A stretch of 64,000 nt of DNA from Nemertoderma westbladi (Eukaryota > Animalia > Xenacoelomorpha): contig JAUCBJ010003708.1 in the NCBI GenBank assembly GCA_032718475.1, positions 1 to 64,000 of the forward strand, in the 5' to 3' direction. The translations under genes were made by a program, and so were the position numbers. Shown in pieces: positions 59,762 to 64,000 of the stretch. Within the stretch, counting starts at the first letter, position 1. Every line of letters begins with the position of its first letter. The notes beneath the pieces are model-generated. The model ran no database searches. It saw nothing but the letters and a program-made list of their open reading frames with translations, and was not told the origin of the DNA.

Positions 59762-60297
59762 TCATCTCATGTTTTTTCTATCACATTTTTTGGATTGATC
59801 TGTGTTTTTATTCAAATTACTAATGACTATCGCCTGTCAAAATTACATTAATTAAATTTCAGGGGAGGACATGAGACTAATTCCGGGGAGGGAGCATCTA
59901 AACTCTGTCAAATACAATCCTTATAAAGAGATAAATCCTGCTCCATCATAAGATCTTAAATATAATATGTTGGGAGAGCGCATGGGCATACAGCTGATAC
60001 ACCATCAGTGTACTATAATTATTTAAATATTAGCGCGAGGATTTATTACAACATAATTGTGTATTTAAACTCTCCCCTAAATCAGCCAATCGCTAAGGGG
60101 AGGATAAAATCACATAAATGTGTCCATTTATATCATCCCCTAAAATAGGAGGAGAAATTAATCAATTTGTGAATTATTAAATAATGAATTATGATAATTG
60201 ATTATGTAAATAATAAATCCGTGCGCTTTTGGAGGTGAAATATATGTTTTTACGTGTGATTTAATGTAGCGGGGTGTTAAAACCAAATGTATGCCAT

Positions 60298-60510
60298 AGT
60301 GCAGTGCACGTCATACCTATGCATTGTACTTCATACTGTTGCAGTGCACTTCATACTGGTGCATTGTGCTTCGTACTGTTGCAGTGCACTGTTTAATTAG
60401 TGCACTTCATACTGGTGCAGTGCACTTCATGCTGGTGCAGTGTACTTCGTACTGGTGCAGTGCACTTCGTACTGGTGCAGTGCACTTCATAGTGGTGCAG
60501 AGCACTTACT
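60298..60510. repeat. 20-bp tandem repeat TGGTGCAGTGCACTTCATAC (~10 copies)
   Basis: Period of 20 is clear at 60401-60500 and more degenerate to the left. Confidence 0.9.
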
Positions 60511-62030
60511 ATAGAATAATAGAGAACGAGCGTAACGAACGAGGCCTGTAAATTGGGCGGGTAGAGTACTATACCTGTACACTAACTATTAGTAAATGAC
60601 CTGACCAAGTTTATAGTACATTGAAATATATGATTTATTATTTGCAATTGTAAAATAAGTGCCTTTAATTGACAAAGTACCGGTACCTACAGTATGGCGC
60701 AAAACAAATTAATGTAACATAAGTAGTAATGTAATTGCCCACCTCGGCGACAGTTAGACCAACTTCACACCTTGGGTGTTAAGTAGGTCATTAATTAATT
60801 AAACAATTAATTAATTGGTCGATTAAACAATTAATTAATTGTTTAATCAATCGATTTGTATCAAATAATGTTGCCAAAGGCAATTTAATTTGACACAAAT
60901 CAATCAGATAGGGACGCGAGATGAATAGATTGTACTACAGCAAATGAAATATACAATACAATAGGAACAATAATGCAATACACAGTACGTTTGTATTATT
61001 TTTGCCATACAATAGAATGATAGAATGAAATATAAAGACGCGAGCGGGGCCCAAAACATAAATTACCCTTTCAAGAAAATAAAATGGACCAGTTTGGCCC
61101 TAGCTCATTCCCTCAATAATCTGTGGCTGTTTGGGCTCTTATTAGACGTAGCATGACTAACCCCACCATTGAATCCTATGTTGAGTTATACTGTATACCA
61201 ACGTTGGGCTGCCACAAAGTTTAAATTATTTAAATTATCATTCGTTATCATGTAAACCATTGTCAAATCGCCTAAGAAAATTATAATAAACAGCTGGTCT
61301 TGCAATAGATTATTCTTCTTTCACAACTCCATTCTAGCCTCCCTCTATAATAGCCCCCATTCACCGCATTCCCATTCATTCTCTAATTTTATTTTTAAAA
61401 GTTTTATTTATTTTCATAAAATAGATCCCTCCCTCACTCCCTCATTCCTGTACACTAGCTTTGACTCTCCCAGCTATAGTGATAGTATGCAACCTTGGGA
61501 GTTAATGTGCGGTCTTATGAGTAAAGGGCAAGATATGAGACTTCAGGTTGCCTCCATTGATTCACTCTTCTTAACTTTATAAAATAACTCCACCCTTATT
61601 TAAAGTTTTAAAAATTATGACTTAGTCGACTAATTTTCCAAAATATATTATAAAAAACATATAATTTCTTGAATAAATAGACCTAATAGTAATAAATATT
61701 GTTGGCAAATACATTTATAATACTAATATAATAATTAAGGATAAATACTCCTAATACTAATACTAATATAATTGTTATGGATAAATAGTCCTAATACTAT
61801 TATGAAAGGAACTCAAACAAACAAATGTCAATAGCGTCCTCCTACGCGGGCATATACTGTACGAGAGTTTTTTATCATAGGTCTTCGAAAATAAGTAAAA
61901 GCTGGTTGATTTTCTTTACTTTCATCTTCCTCATTAACCAACTGTTTCTTAATTTTATTCAATTGTTCATTAATTTTCAGTAATTTACTTTTATTTCCCA
62001 GAACCTGTCTTAATATCTCTTCTCTATTTT

Positions 62031-64000
62031 TGTTCGCGCTTTCAGACCTTTGGCAGTTTAACCCGCCAAATTAAGATGTCTTCTAGATATTAAATCGCTT
62101 TTTAGCCTATGACAAGTATTTGATTCACTACACTAGTCGAAACCAATCTGTGCGCGATCATTCACCCGCTGGATATTCCCGGGAGATTGGGTTCGACGGT
62201 TTAATTTTATTGCTATGTAAGCCTAATGTATTATTCGACTGACAGTATTATGTAATCTCTGACAATATTATTCACCTTCGGGAATATTAACAGTTCCTTT
62301 AGGACGTGGCGCTTTATCTATATAAACAGAGTTATGACTTAAACTACTCACAACGATATGGCTTAATTATAATTCACATATATGGCGCATTCTTTAGGAA
62401 TTGCTTCTTTAACAGACTCACTCATACACAATGCTGCACAATACTGCACACTAATCTGCCAATCTTCACTGATTTTAGTCACATATAAAAGGAACACAGA
62501 CTGACTCATGTAGGGTCTATCAAATAACATTAGATTCACTTCAAACCACTTTAACATAAGTCACAATCGTTATTGGTAACCTTTCTCTCTTACCTTCGGT
62601 ATATCAAGAATATTGGGTTTTCGGGGTTATTTCTCGTTATTCCAATATAATAATTCATCAACCAATATAATGAATAACCGACAACAAATAGCAGTATACA
62701 GTATTGATTGAGCAGGTAAATTTTAGCAGTTTCAGCAGTTATTAAAAGCCGTGTGTCAGCAGTATTCACAGATCAGTGATTCCATGAGTTAAAGGATATA
62801 TGTCCTTATAATTAAACCTACTAGTGTTGAGCTAAAAGCAGAAAGCACAAAACACTACAAAGCCGTTCTTTCGTGGCTTTGAAAAACTCGTGACTACTGC
62901 TCTATACGAGGATACCAACTACCCTTATTCCACGAAGCTCCCGTTCAACACAGAGAAAGAGCAGTGAGATAGGAAAATTTCAGTTCAGTAGCTCTGTGAT
63001 AGGTCAAAATCAAGGCTAACTCAAATTCTATTGGGAGATACAAAAAGTTGCAACGTGGCAATATCAGCCGTTAGCCGTCGTCATGGTAGCGACACTGTTT
63101 TCAAGAGTATCGAGCCTTTTACGTCACGAAATTACAGATTATGTCCTCTAAAGTACAAATACACAAGAAATGGCTTTTATGTCCTCCAAAACACCAGTAC
63201 AGCAAGGACACGGCCTTTTTATGCCTGGTAAACCAACCACAGAGTACTTTATGGGGATAATAACCGGCTAATTACGCAAAAGCTTTTACACCGCTCCCAG
63301 AAAATGGGATTTAAGTCTATAAAATATAACAAATCACAGTTTCTAAAATATAAAGATACTCTAAACAGTTAGTCTTTCTTACGCAGACGGCGTTTACGCA
63401 GTTTTTTGAGGCTAGCAAGAGTCCTTTTCTCTTTAGGGCGAGCCACTTTACTAGGAGGGCTATAAATCATTGGTGAAGGGTGCAATATGATTGCATCAGA
63501 AGGTGTAGGATTATGGTCGAGGTATCTGCCGTTTCGATATGCTTCTCCTCGAGCTGATTTTCCTCCGCTCGTAGCTGGATACGTTCATCCAAAAACTCTC
63601 GCAGAGAATAGGATCGTCCAAGTTCGATAACTTCTTAGAGATTCTGGATTTCCCAATCGAATTGAGATAAGGCCAATTCGTTTATCGATTGGACTTACTG
63701 TTATAACTTACGTTTATCTGAACAAACGCAGGTTTCTCTTTTGATCTTTATAGAATAGCGTTTAACTCGTTTCGTACAAAGCTCTCCTTCACCTTGATGA
63801 GGGGTTGTATCGCGTTAAACAGGGACGACCATACGGTTGGATAGTGATATTAGGTGTCCGCGTCACAATCCGGCTAGGTAAGATGGGCGGCTAGCTAGAA
63901 ATCACTGTCGGAGTGTTACCGATTAATTGTTAGGGTAGCACTAGATCTTTGAACAGTGAATACAGTCCGCGAGGATCCGCGACACCACCAGGATCGCAGG
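62031..64000 (-). mobile_element. 3' end of a second, diverged member of the same BEL/Pao family (3' LTR 62031-63290, internal region continuing off the window)
   Basis: The reverse complement reads ...CCCATTTTCTGGGAGCGG|TGTAAAAGCTTTTG, as at 29581-29612, and ends GGTTAAACTGCCAAAGGTCTGAAAGCGCGAACA, like the LTR end. 63291-64000 aligns with ~28885-29598. Confidence 0.9.

Overview
AT-rich, repeat-dense eukaryotic DNA, almost certainly from an invertebrate animal, with GT-AG introns; it is not prokaryotic and has no CRISPR array. From left to right: (1) a ~15.1 kb array of a 23-bp minisatellite, which explains all the long hydrophobic ORFs and appears to have grown from a Helentron/DINE-like element end plus its flank; (2) a small piggyBac-type MITE and an unidentified 326-codon ORF that may splice to exons at 31.8 and 32.8 kb; (3) a young 11.7 kb non-autonomous BEL/Pao LTR retrotransposon with 1215-bp near-identical LTRs, a GGCAA TSD, intact gag-protease, RT and integrase deleted, and no tRNA PBS; (4) an intronless, GC-rich leishmanolysin-like peptidase gene; (5) a CRE-like RT+RLE non-LTR retrotransposon whose ORF is extended in frame by ~70 copies of a 30-bp/10-aa repeat; (6) nine exons encoding only the C-terminal part of a neutral ceramidase, with a rearranged RTE-like LINE in one intron; (7) nested SINEs, nested TIR elements and short tandem arrays; (8) the N-terminal part of a TMEM117-like gene; (9) the 3' end of a second, diverged BEL element on the minus strand, running off the window. 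All assignments come from reading motifs by eye; no database searches were run.
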